Assembly (NCBI GenBank): GCA_043228905.1
Contig: JBHGNT010000008.1
Span: 13,268,001-13,332,000, forward strand
Length of the DNA stretch: 64,000 bases
Direction: 5' to 3'
DNA from: Azolla caroliniana
Taxonomy: Eukaryota > Plantae > Polypodiophyta
In this document: positions 1 to 11,496 of the stretch, one piece after another
Numbering within the stretch: position 1 is the stretch's first letter
How the letters are laid out: each line of letters opens with the position of its first letter
Notes under the pieces: model-generated
Databases searched by the model: none
The model's input: only the letters and a program-made list of their open reading frames with translations
Told to the model about the DNA's origin: nothing
Made by a program: the position numbers and the translations under genes

Positions 1-341
1 TACCGGAAGCACTCGGGCATTCCTCAGAGCAGCGCGAGCCTCCCAAAAACCTGCACAGGAAGAAGCTACGGAGTATGGAAGAGAGAGAAGCCTTCGGCCG
101 ACAACCCAATAGCACTTCGTCCTCTCTAAACGCGATCCCCTTTCATCCTCCCCGTCTCCCTCCTTTTATAGGCAAGAAAGGAGCCGTTTCCCATTAACTT
201 CCTACCTACCGAATCTACCTGCCCAGGATCTTCTATGTACCTAATTCTCTCTTATGTACAACATAAGGCGTACATGCATGAAGAGCTGGTTCCTATGCTC
301 CGGTGCACCGATTCCGCTTGTGGACGGTTTTCTTCACGACA
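1..341 (-). mobile_element. Partial LTR related to the LTRs at 51947/55646
   Basis: Minus strand begins TGTCGTGAAGAAAACCGTCCACAAGCGGAA, resembling TGTCGTGAAGATTTTCGTCCACAAGTGGAA at 51947; TATA-like motif on minus near 165; copia gag follows directly at 342. Confidence 0.65.
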
Positions 342-2745
342 ATGTCCTCTGGAAGAAGATTGGCGTCATGTTCAAGAACAAGAACGCAGTAAACAGTGTC
401 TCAGTCTTTAAAAAGATCATGAGACTTTGGTATCAAGATGGCTCTACCATGGCGGAGCATTTGAATGCCTTCCTGGGATTGATCAATCAGACCACCTCTG
501 TAGAAGTACCTCTCGCCCAACGAGGTAGTAGCACTGCTATTGAAGGGATCCCTTCTGGATAGTTGGGAGATGCTCGTTGTCACTTTGGGCAACGCCAAAC
601 CGGAAGGGAAGCATCTATCCCTAGAGCAAGTGAAGTCGATTTTATTGAATAAAGAAGCTCGTCAAAACGACCGAGAGTCCATTACCGACCCGAAGGCCTT
701 ATTCACTGAAAGTGACATGAACCGAAATCGAAGTCCCTAGAATCAATATAACTTGAGGAAGAGGTCGAAGTCGAGGGGGTGGTCCACGTGCTTTTATTAT
801 GGGAAGCTGGGGCACTTTCAAAAGAATTTCCGACACTTTCGGAAAGAGAAAGGGGAAGCTGATGGTGTAGAGCCGAAGAAGACTCCGGACAAAAGAAACA
901 CCTCAACAATCGCAGCGAGGGAAGAGGAGTTGGTGCTCATAAGTGAACAAAATGAAGTAAATTCTTTGGCAAAGAATCGACATGGGTGGTTGATTTAGGT
1001 GCATCATTTCACCTAACCCCTGATCGGAAGTGCTTCTCTTCATACAAGGCCAAAGAGCACGGTCTCGTAAAGATTGGAAATGAAGGAGCATGCCGAATCA
1101 TCGGCATAGGATATGTGTGTTTGATGACATCGACCGGGTGCAAAGTGGTGGTGAAGGATGTTTGACATGTTTCAGAAGTCTGGCTTAATCTAATATCAGT
1201 CGATCAGCTGGATGATGAAGGCTACATAGGTAGCATCTGAAACGGTGTCATGAAGTTCTGCAAGGGTAGCCTGATCATGGCTCGAGCCCGGAAGACCAAC
1301 ACACTATATTTGATGCATGCTTGATTATGCCGAAACAAAGTAAACATGGGAGCCGACACATCCAGTGAGTTGTGGCACAAGAGGCTATGCACATGAGCTA
1401 GAAGGGAATGCTAGTAAAAAAAGAACTCTTGCCAGAGATGAAAATGTGCATTTGGACAAATGTACCAATTGCCTGGCCGACAAACAAAATAGAGCCGCCT
1501 TCGGACCAAGGCCTCTGTTTTGGAGGAAAATCCCTCTGGAACTCGTACACACCGATGGACAAGTATGTAGATGCAAGGTCTCATTCCGATGGACAAGTAC
1601 TTTCAAGGAGTTCCAAGCGAGAGCCAAGAGAGAAACCGACCAAAATTTGATGGCAGTTCGAATGGACAATGTCGGGAATACCAAGGACAATTCGAAGAGT
1701 ATTGTTGCTCCAAGGTATACAACTAGAGTATACAGTGCTGAAGACACCGGAGTTGAATGGGATGGCCAACCAAATGAACTAGACTATCATGGAGAGAGTC
1801 TGATGTATGTTGGCACATGCAAAATTGCCGAAGCTTTACTAGGTCGAGGCATTGACGACAGTTGTTTATGTGATAAGTAGGTCTCCCTTTGTCCCACTGG
1901 AAGGTGACCACAAAGGGTATGGTCTTGCAAAGAAGTGTCATATTGACATCTAAGAGAGTTCGGCTGCCTGGCCTGTGTGCATATTGCTAAGAACCAGAGT
2001 GGGAAATTGGATCCCAAGAGCCGACCGTGCCTATTTCTCGGCTACGACGAAGATGAATTCGGCTATCGGTTATGGGACCTAATCAACAAAAAGGTGATTA
2101 GGAGCCGAGACTGGTATGCTGATTGAGAAAGAACCTGTATGGGCTGAAACAGGCACCTTGGGAATGGTACTGAAAATTCGAATCCTCTTGTTGTATGTTG
2201 ACAACATGCTAATTGTTAGACAGGACCCGAAGAAAATCAAAAGTTTGAAGAAGGCCTTGAGCAGGTCATTGTCTGAGACAGGACAAAGAAGTTGTTATGG
2301 TTGTCACAAGAGAAATACATGACGAAGGTGCTCTAGAGGTTGAATATGCAGAATTCAAAATTGGTCGGCTCAACACTATCGACAAACTGTAAGTTGTCCG
2401 GAAGCCAATGTTCGAAATCGAAAATGGAGAAGGCTAAGATGAATAAGGCCCCTTATGCCTTAGCAATCATAAGCTTAATGTACGCGATGGTTTGCAATAG
2501 CCCGGACATTGGATACGTTGTCGGAGTGGTTAGCCGATATATGAGCAATCCTGGAAGAGAGCATTTGGGCAGTGGTAAATTGGATACGTCGGTACCTGCA
2601 AGGCACGTCGAGCATTTGGGCAGTGGTAAGTTGGATACGTCGGTACCTGCAAGGCACGTTGTCAGAGTGGTTAGCCGATATATGAGCAATCTTGGAAGAG
2701 AGCATTTGGGCAGTGGTAAATTGGATACATCGGTACCTGTGTTTT
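342..2745 (+). pseudogene. Decayed Ty1/copia gag-pol, same family as the elements at 27003 and 37152
   Basis: Fragments of gag (KIGVMFKNKNAVN), zinc knuckle (CFYYGKLGH), integrase (LELVHTD) and RT (LLYVDNML, SLMYAMVC); many stops, frameshifts and deletions. Confidence 0.9.
2520..2740 (+). repeat. Local triplication of a ~40-50-bp copia RT segment at a breakpoint
   Basis: GAGCATTTGGGCAGTGGTAA(A/G)TTGGATAC(G/A)TCGGTACCTG occurs three times; copia homology is lost right after. Confidence 0.85.
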
Positions 2746-3389
2746 CGTGAAGATAATGCTCCACGATGTCAAAACAATGTCAAAAATCTATAGAAAGATA
2801 TCTGAACCTTATGATGAGGAGCATGTAGGAATTTTCTGTTTGTGAATCAGAGTTCAGACGCCCAAGATATAGCCTCTAGAAAGATTAATGTTACCTTCAA
2901 GATCACTTAGGACACAAATGTAATTATATCAAAAGGGGGAGTTCGAAATTAAATGAGGGTAATTTTGTAATCTATCAATTGTAAAAATACAAAATAGAAT
3001 TTGTAAATAAATAAATAAAATAATAAGTAAAATAATAATAATCATAATCATAAAATAATAACCGCCCTTGAATGAGGTGGTTTGTCAACCGCCTCAAGAG
3101 GGTGGCTGGATGCTTGACCCCCATATAAAAACCATCCCCATGGTGGCTAAAGGGAGGAGAAGGGGAAGAGAGGAAGGAAGAAGAGAAAGCGAGGAAGAAG
3201 CTCACGAGAGGGAAGGATGTAGAGGTGGCTTGTGAAGCTAGTGGCCTGCTAAACAACAAGAAAGAAAAAGAAGTTGAAGTTGTATATTTCAAACACCTCT
3301 TCATAAATAAAGGGTGTGAGTTCAAGTCTCCCCAAAGAAACTTTCTTTTGGCTTCTTGGCTTCTTGTCATCGCACCATCTGCGATTATG

Positions 3390-3950
3390 CCATGCCAGAG
3401 TGAAGGGGGAGTTTGTTGGAAAAAGATGTCCCTCCAAATAGGATGAAGAGAACTAACGGAATCAGATCGAATCAATGGGTAAGTTGACTGAGGCCAAAAT
3501 CGAAATTTATAAATCGAATAATCGATTTAATAGCCGATTCGGGAGGCTATATTTGTAAATAGCCCAGAAAGTTGTATTAGTATATATACAACTAGGGCGA
3601 ACTTTACGAAGCTGTTGTGATTAATTTTGTAGTTGAATATAGTTGTATAGTTATTGAAGAGGTTGTGGTCTCTGTAACCTTGAGAGAGCAAGAGAGCAAG
3701 AGTTAGTGAATGTCCGTTTGTATGTCGGACGAAGAAGAGTTCAAGGTCGTTCCCATGAAACCTCTTATTGTACTTCCTCTTGACATAGTGATTTAGTTTG
3801 GATTTTGTGGACTCCACGTGGTTTTTCCCATTCGGGTTTTCCACGTTAAAAATCTTGTGCCTCTGTACTTTTTGCTTTCAGTTTTTTGTTTTGTCTGTAC
3901 ACTATCTTTCACGTTCTTTGCACTCGAATATACATACGAGAAACCAGTTG
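3390..3950 (+). mobile_element. Copia 3' end: PPT plus 3' LTR starting at 3414 (right end approximate)
   Basis: CCATGCCAGAGTGAAGGGGGAGTT-TGTTGG matches the pol-end/PPT/LTR junction at about 41962-41991. Confidence 0.75.
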
Positions 3951-3969
3951 ATATTGGTCACGAATCGTA

Positions 3970-4370
3970 ATACGGACGTAGGCGAACCAAGCTCTTACGA
4001 GGAAGCTTTAGCTGCGCCGGATGCCAACACATGGCTACAGGCCATGAAATCCGAGATGGACTCGATCCATCAAAATCAAACGTGGGAGTTGGTCGAACTA
4101 CCATCTGGAAGGAAGCCATCGCCCTACAAATGGATCTTCAGATACAAATATGTATCTGATTTAGAGAAGCCCAAATACAAAACTCGGCTCGTTGCAAAGG
4201 GATTCAAACAAGAACATGGGATCGACTATGACAAGATCTTCTCACCTGTAGTCAAGATGACCACCATTCGGTGACGACGGGGGGAGGAAGGTCACCTCGT
4301 ATGTCAACTGAAGAAAAACCTAATCTCAAGCTTCATCACCTTGATGTAGAGACAACATTTCTCCATTGTG
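3970..4370 (+). pseudogene. Copia RT N-terminal fragment from another family
   Basis: EPSSYEEAL...[24 protein letters not shown]...[17 protein letters not shown]...LDVETTFLH. Confidence 0.85.
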
Positions 4371-6619
4371 ACAAGTGTGACACGAACCAAAGGGAGCCGA
4401 GCACTGACAACCGAATAAGGGAAGCCAAATATCAAGGAAGGAGCGGGTGGAAAGCGTCGAGCAGAAGGATGCTATATATATCGGGGAGTAGCGAAGAGAG
4501 AGAGGGGGGGGGGGGGGAGAGAGAGAGAGAGATCTAGAGGACTACGTTAGGATAATTGAAGTTTTCTAGCCTCTGTATTTATGGCAAATAGTTTCACCAA
4601 ATTATCCCAATGTTCCTTTGGGAGTAGAGCATCTTGTATATGTCAACATCGAGTCTGTGATGCTAAGTGATAACCAATGCAACACTTTTCTAGATCTTTG
4701 ATTCTAATCTTTGTATCCCCTTATTTGTGCAACAGTTGCATTCTCTTCAGGGATCTCTAGAGACTCTTCTAGGTCTACTTCAATGTACTCCCAAAATTGT
4801 ATTCCTATCAAGAAATTTGTCATTTTGAATTTCCACGCATGAAATTTTGTTTTTATCAAGTTTTTCAATAACTATTTGGCTTCCATTTTCAATGGCCCTC
4901 TCTATTTTAAGTTCAACACTACAATTGTGATTTAGTCCAGCAAACAACTCTGATTCAACCTAGCAACCAGGGCAATAGTCTTAGTTCAATGGCATTTCTA
5001 TGCCTGCAAGTGTTAGACAATTCTTTTTCTCGTCATCTCTAGCAGCTACTCTCTCAATTAACCTATTAAGAATTCACTAAGGCTATTCTCTATCCAACAA
5101 TAGACATGTGATAGGCAAGATCACTTAGCTCATGAGAAAGGGGGAGTAGGAGAGGCACCTTTGGAGCAACCAAAACACCTAATTTTTATCTTCATCTTCA
5201 CTTAAGGATAGTTCATGGCTTATACAATGTTGATACCTAGTATTAGCAATTAGAGATTTATACCTTTACATAACCGCTTCGAGGTTGACCTATAATAGCT
5301 ACCATTGTTATTATGGTAGCTATTTCGCCTAATAGCTATTGTGAACAATCAGAGTTACTGGTAGTCAAAAAACTGCTTTATCTAAACTATTTCCTGGGCC
5401 ATTGACTTGGCACTCAAATCTTGTGTTTTTGCTCACTTCCCATTTCTTCGTGTTCTTTATGAGAAATGATCCTATGATCGTATTAAATCTAATTAGAAAA
5501 ATAGTATATATATTGATCAAAGGATACACCAATATCCTATGATCTTAGTAAATCTAATTAAGAAAGTAGCACATATATGGATCATAATATCAATGTAGAA
5601 AAGTTCATACCTCACGCTTGCTATTTCTTTTTCACTATAGCTTCTCCTAAGTTGATCGCAAGCAAACTATTACAAAAGATAAGTGGTTCTATATTGTTTT
5701 TCGAATGACTAATTTTAGTGGGTTTTAAACCCTTAGCCCTTTTTGCCTTATCGCACTTTGTCTTGTAACTTATATTAAACTTAGGTTTTAGGCACTTTCC
5801 TCCATTTTGTACACCACATCACAACACTCCCTTCCTATCATTGATGTATTGTTGCTCCATGTTTTCCTTCCAGTCATTTTTAGTGGACTTGAAATGCTTG
5901 GCCCATTTGTTGGTAATTTCTAGGTCTTCCATTTGATCTATGATTTGTTATTATCTTAATTCTCTTCTTTTTGGTTCTCTTTATATTAGGTTGATTGAGT
6001 TACTAAGACTTTGCAATAGATGCCTTTCCAAATGCCTTTCTAACTTTAAAGGCTACAAATAGATAATCCATGGTTTTCAATTTATCTTTACTGAATATAA
6101 GTAAAGAAAACATTTTGAATAACCTTTCTTGATTCACTAACCATGGTGGATTATTTTAGTTTACTAAGATGACTTAGTAGTCATCAATCAAAATGGATTA
6201 ACCTTGTATTGATTACATTATTTATTTTGAAAAGCAAAGGTATTTGTAGTCATGCATTTGGTATCGTTATAATATCATCCATCAAAAGTGTTTCCTCAAA
6301 CTTCATAGTTAGGACAATTAGCATGCCATCTGTATTCTCAATTAAATAGTAATTTATGAAAAGACTCCACTTTTAAGGTAGAATCAATTTAAGTCAAATT
6401 CAAGTTTGCCAATGGGCAAGTGGAATGCCAAATTTGTTAATTTCTAATTGTATACATGTGTGCATGCACACACAGTCACACATTATAGTAGTAGCTGTCT
6501 CTAAATGTTGTAATAAAGATGGATAGATATACCTATCTATAAAGTGAGGTTACATTTTGAATAAAGCTATAGTGAAAGTGTGTTCTAAGAACATTTTGTA
6601 TGATTCCAAGGAGTTGGTT

Positions 6620-7170
6620 TCTTCCCTTGAAAATGAAGAATATTAAAAGGTAATCATCAAAGTCAAACATATGTTTGGCCAATATATACATTATTTTGGT
6701 ACTAGATGGCAACAAAAACCTAATTATAATTTCAATGAATTATGTATAAAGTGAGGCTACTTTTTGTTTTGGACAAGGATGGTATCAAAATGTGACGTGA
6801 TGTGCGTGCATGTAGTGTGTACACACTTCAATTGTCAAATGAACACGTTGAAATGTCATTCATGCTATTTCAAATTGTTTCGATGGTCAAACTATTTACC
6901 ATAAAAAAGTTAGTTGCTTCACTTGAAAATGAAGATATGAGAAGAACATTATAAAATTCAAACATGTATTTGGCCAATATAAACATTAGTTCAGTCGGCT
7001 ATGAAAACTTAATTAGTATTATTATATAATTAAATGTACAAAAGTGAGGCTACTTTTCACATTGGACATGGATGGTATCAAGATTCATGTCACGATGTGC
7101 ATGTATGTTGTGCGCACATGCTTCCATTGTCAAATGAACTGGTGGCAACTTCATTCATACTATTTCAAAT
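6620..7170. repeat. Old degenerate tandem duplication, ~300-bp unit
   Basis: CTTGAAAATGAAGA, TTTGGCCAATATA, AAAGTGAGGCTACTTTT, GATGGTATCAA and ATTGTCAAATGAAC each occur twice about 295-305 bp apart. Confidence 0.75.
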
Positions 7171-7461
7171 TATTACGATAAAGAATAATAACAACAATAA
7201 AAAGATTCTTTTTTCACAAGTTGTGACAATATTGGTTTACTTCCATATGATGGATGCTCATATTCGTTATAACAAGAAATGTCAAGGGATATTTTGTTTT
7301 ATTAAAGCATAAATTTTGTATCTAATACTCAAATATTTTATTAATCATAACTACCAAATGACATTTGAATATGATTATCCAGAACAATTTATCATATTAG
7401 TTTAGAATGGAAGAGCTATGTTCCATCTCGGGCCATTTCCTCCTTGATTCACCATCGGTGT

Positions 7462-8690
7462 TGTCGGGGTAGTTGTGGCTCGTGCGGCGAAGTCACAGGG
7501 ACTAAGGTTAAGGGGAGTTGAAGGAAATTTTATAAGGCTTGTGCACAAATGCTAGGAAGATTAATGATAAGAAGAATAAGAGTTTAAAGTAATGTGTGTG
7601 AGAGAGAGACGAGTATAGATAAAGGATAGAGACAATGTATGATTCAAGAAGCAAGATAGAGACAAAGTATGATTTAAGAAAAAAAAGTATATGATATGAA
7701 CATGATGTATATTACGAATACAAGATTTTACCAACTTCGCAATGCTTGATAGCAACATCAACCCTTTCTCTACCGACTCTTGATTCGAACCCTTGACTCC
7801 AACTTGGAAACACGAGCCTCTTCACCAACAAGCTAACTTGTTTATTTCATTAATTATATTCTAACTTTCTCTTGATTGATTGATTACCCTGTTTCCCCTT
7901 GATTCATTCATTAATTCCTTGCCTTTCTTTATAGGTTCTCTCATGCATATGATGATATGGGGTCCATGGCATGCATGTAATGCATGTGATGCATGATCGC
8001 CATTTGGCGCACATGCTTTACATGTGATGCATGATAGCCATCATGCTCATCTAAGCTCTAATGTATGAAGACACACTGTCATAAGTATGGTGATAAAAAT
8101 ATAACTATAGAAAGTAACTTATCCTAATGGTATATGCATCGTCCTTGGTGTGTGAGGTTACAGGTTCAAGTCCCTCAAATGTTACTTCATCCAATATTCA
8201 AGTTCATTTTTATATCGTGAAGCAAATAATTCACGACACCCACCCCTTCTGAACTTGCACACTGGTTGTGCAAAGTTCATCCAAAGTCTTGGAAAAATTC
8301 TTCAATCCGTTTCTGAACTGGATGTCCCCTCAAGCATTCTTTGTTTCTTTCATGGTTAGGCGTTATGGTTAAGATATGGCCCCTCTTCCTTCCATCCTGA
8401 CTCTTGATCCTCGCGAAAGTTGAATCATCATTAATCAAAATTGTTTCCATCCTTACTACGTTGATGTATGGTTCACCATCCTTTGTTTCCATACTCACTA
8501 TGCTAATGTATGGTTGACGAAGGATGATGGGGTAGGTTGATCCATCTTGCACATAGTAATTTTCATCCACCGACACATCTCCCATTGTTGCTCTCACATT
8601 AGGACATGCTCCAAATAGATCCTCCATCATCTTTGTTGCAACTCTTTTCTTCGAACCATGATTCTTATCCATTGGCCACCTTCCTTGAGC
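7462..8690 (-). mobile_element. Ty3/gypsy remnant: 3' LTR (7462-8238), PPT and protease C-terminal fragment
   Basis: Termini TGTCG...CGACA; PPT GAAGGGGTGGG on minus next to 8238; ORF 8277-8705 (QGRWPMD...YPIILRQPY) is homologous to the protease region at 63130-63500; cut at ~8690 by the DNA transposon. Confidence 0.75.
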
Positions 8691-9263
8691 ACAGGGTAAA
8701 AGCATGCGAGTGGAAACACTATTATAGCTAATTAGCTACTAAAATGGCCATAGCTAATTAGCTATTTGTTGTCATGATATGGCAAGACTCGAACCCATGA
8801 CCTTATGGTATATGAGTCGAGCTTTTAACCATCACACCATCTATTGTAATTCATAAAATATTATTTTCATTTATGATTTATTATAAGAAAATAATGTATA
8901 TTCCAGATTTCTCTGGAACATTCTAGAAGTTCAGGATTACTCCTGACAACACTATAAAAAAAGGCACTAGGCATTATGTTGAACCAAATTGGTTCAACGC
9001 CAGTCTTAAGCCTCTCAACCGCTTTGTACTTATCTTTTCACATAATATATTAGCTGTTATCATCATTTTTCTCTCTCTCCTCTTCTCACTTCCTCTCTCG
9101 GGAATCTTACGCAGTCCCGTCCTCTTAGTACTAATAGTACTACTCTTCTTAGTACTAATTCCATCTCTGCTTTAGTACTATTCTTGACAGTTTGAACCGA
9201 TTTCTTCCTTTCCTCCAGCCTACTTGTCATTCTCCCTCATCCTCCTACCCTTTTCCCTATACT

Positions 9264-10450
9264 ATGCCTACTGTTAGCACCCAAGAATATCAATCCGTTT
9301 TCTCCGAGTTACAGTGCCTAAAAGAAAAGTTTGTTGCCCTGGAACAAGAAAACCAACGGTTGATAGGGGATCTACAACAAATCGCTCTCGAAAAACAACA
9401 AACGCAACAACAACATGGGGAGTTAGCATTACGGGTACAACAACTCGAAGCATCGTTGCAACAATAAGGATCAAGTCCCCAAGGATTTCATAAAGAGCCC
9501 AAGATTGGACTTCCTGTGAAATTTGATGGAACGCGATCGCAATTCCGGGGATTCCTTAATCAGGTACGCTTAGTCATCCAGATGCATCCTTCCCGATATC
9601 GCACTGATGCATCTCGAGTCGGCCTAATAGGCACGTTACTTAGTGGCTCAGCCTTGGCATGGTTCGCTCCGCTTCTAGAAAAACAATCACCCTTGCTTAA
9701 TAACTTTGAAGATTTTATTGGTGAGTTTAAAGCCTTCTTTGGAGATACTGACAACATCAGGATGGCGATCAACAAGATCCGAAGATTGCGTCAAGGCGAT
9801 CGTCCAGCCTCTGCCTACGTGGCGGATTTCCGTCTACTCGCCTCAAATATTCCCTGGGATGATCTGGCGCTCATGGAGCAGTTTCGCTACGGCTTGCGCA
9901 ATGATGTCAAAGATTTGCTTTTAACCTTCCCCGAAGAACCAAAGTCTCTTACGGAGGCAATCAGTCGAGCGGTCTAATGCGACAATCTGTACAGCCCATT
10001 AGTGGTTCCATTCCTTCCAAGCAAGTTAGCAATGTGTTCCTAGCCCAAGTCATTGTTAGTACTAAAAGTACTCCCCCAGTACCCGTCCTAGCACTCTTAG
10101 ATTCCGGAGCTAATTCCTGTTTCATGGATCGAAATTTTGCCCAAGCTTCTCAGATATTCCTAAGAAAACTTCCTTGTCCCGCATCTGTAGTAGTCATTGA
10201 TGGTCGTCCCATTGCTTCCGGGAATATTGTAGAAGAATCAGAACCCATTCAAGTTGTCTTAGGTAGTTTTGTGTGTGTAATATCATTTAATATAATTAGT
10301 AGTCCAAAGCATCCCATTGTCCTAGGATTACCTTGGTTTGAATTACATAATCCAGCCATAGATTGGAGAACAAGAGAAGTCCGATATCGACCACCCCAAG
10401 AATCTACTCACTGAGTTTCGACCATTTCACTCCATCAATTACGCGAAGAA
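9264..10450 (+). pseudogene. Chromovirus gag and aspartic protease
   Basis: KFDGTRSQFRGFLNQV...ALAWF...FRYGLRNDVKD (gag); ALLDSGANSCFMD...IVLGLPWFELHNPAIDW (protease); stops and a gag deletion. Confidence 0.9.
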
Positions 10451-11496
10451 CACGTTCGCGTTCACAAGTGGAAGGATTGCGCATTCCACTTGTAGAATCT
10501 TCTTAAAACGAAGCAAATACACCCTCTCTACAAAAATTGGATGCACTAGTATCACATATTCCTCAACTTGATGAGAATTTGCAAATATAAAAATACATGA
10601 TAGATCTACGAGTGGAGATCATTAGAAATCATGCAAGTTTAGACATGTTGATAAGTTAATGTAGGCATAATAAAGTTCAACTATGGCTCAATATGGCACT
10701 ACTGTGCGACAAGGGAAACACTAACTTAAAGACTTATATTAATTAGGTAAGTTTTACAAAAATATGAGGTGTACTTGTATCCATACTAATAAAATGAGAT
10801 ATAATTTATACTTTGACCCATACATGCATGTATGTAATTGTGGAAAATGTAGGATAGTGCACACTAGGATAAGTGATTGGAATAACTAACTTATTAAAGT
10901 ATTCAATACTTGTATTTAAAGTTGATCTAATCTATTCCTCAGTTTGTTCATATGAGATCAAACCATATGTGTATATAATTGTGCACAATGTAAGGCAGTG
11001 AACTTTAGGATAATGTCGTGGAAATAACAAACCTATTAGGCTTTCATACCTGTATTTAAAATTGGTCTACTCTATTGCTTAGGTGATTCACACAAGATCA
11101 AACTCCGAACGATAATGCAACTGGAACCATTATCAACACACTACACAATCTAAGCAACAATGGAATAGAAACATAATAGTTTTAACAATAGAAGACAAAG
11201 ATCCATAATAACAACATGGACAGTCATGGCAACAATTATAGGGCCATGTTCTGTTAAGGTTAGCTTGGACCAAAATCAGCCTCCATTTAAACTAGTTCAT
11301 GTTTCTCCATAAGTTTGGTAGTCAGCTATGCACGCGGTGAAACCAATGTCATAAATCTACTAATCAAGTATATAAAAATAAAATTGAAACATATAGAAGA
11401 TTATAAAGAATAGAATCCACTAGGTAAAACCCAATATTTGTATTAATAATGTGAAATCTTAACAAATCGTCAGTGTCATATTCTTCATAGAGTCTA

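Noticed and set aside
4376-6600. Possible further LTR or gene remnants
   Set aside because: TATA/GA-rich pattern near 4470-4535 hints at an LTR, but no partner, TSD or protein motif could be supported.
8717-8721. CACTA terminus of an EnSpm element
   Set aside because: Host homology breaks about 25 bp earlier, no matching right end was found, and the transposase motifs are not TnpD-like.
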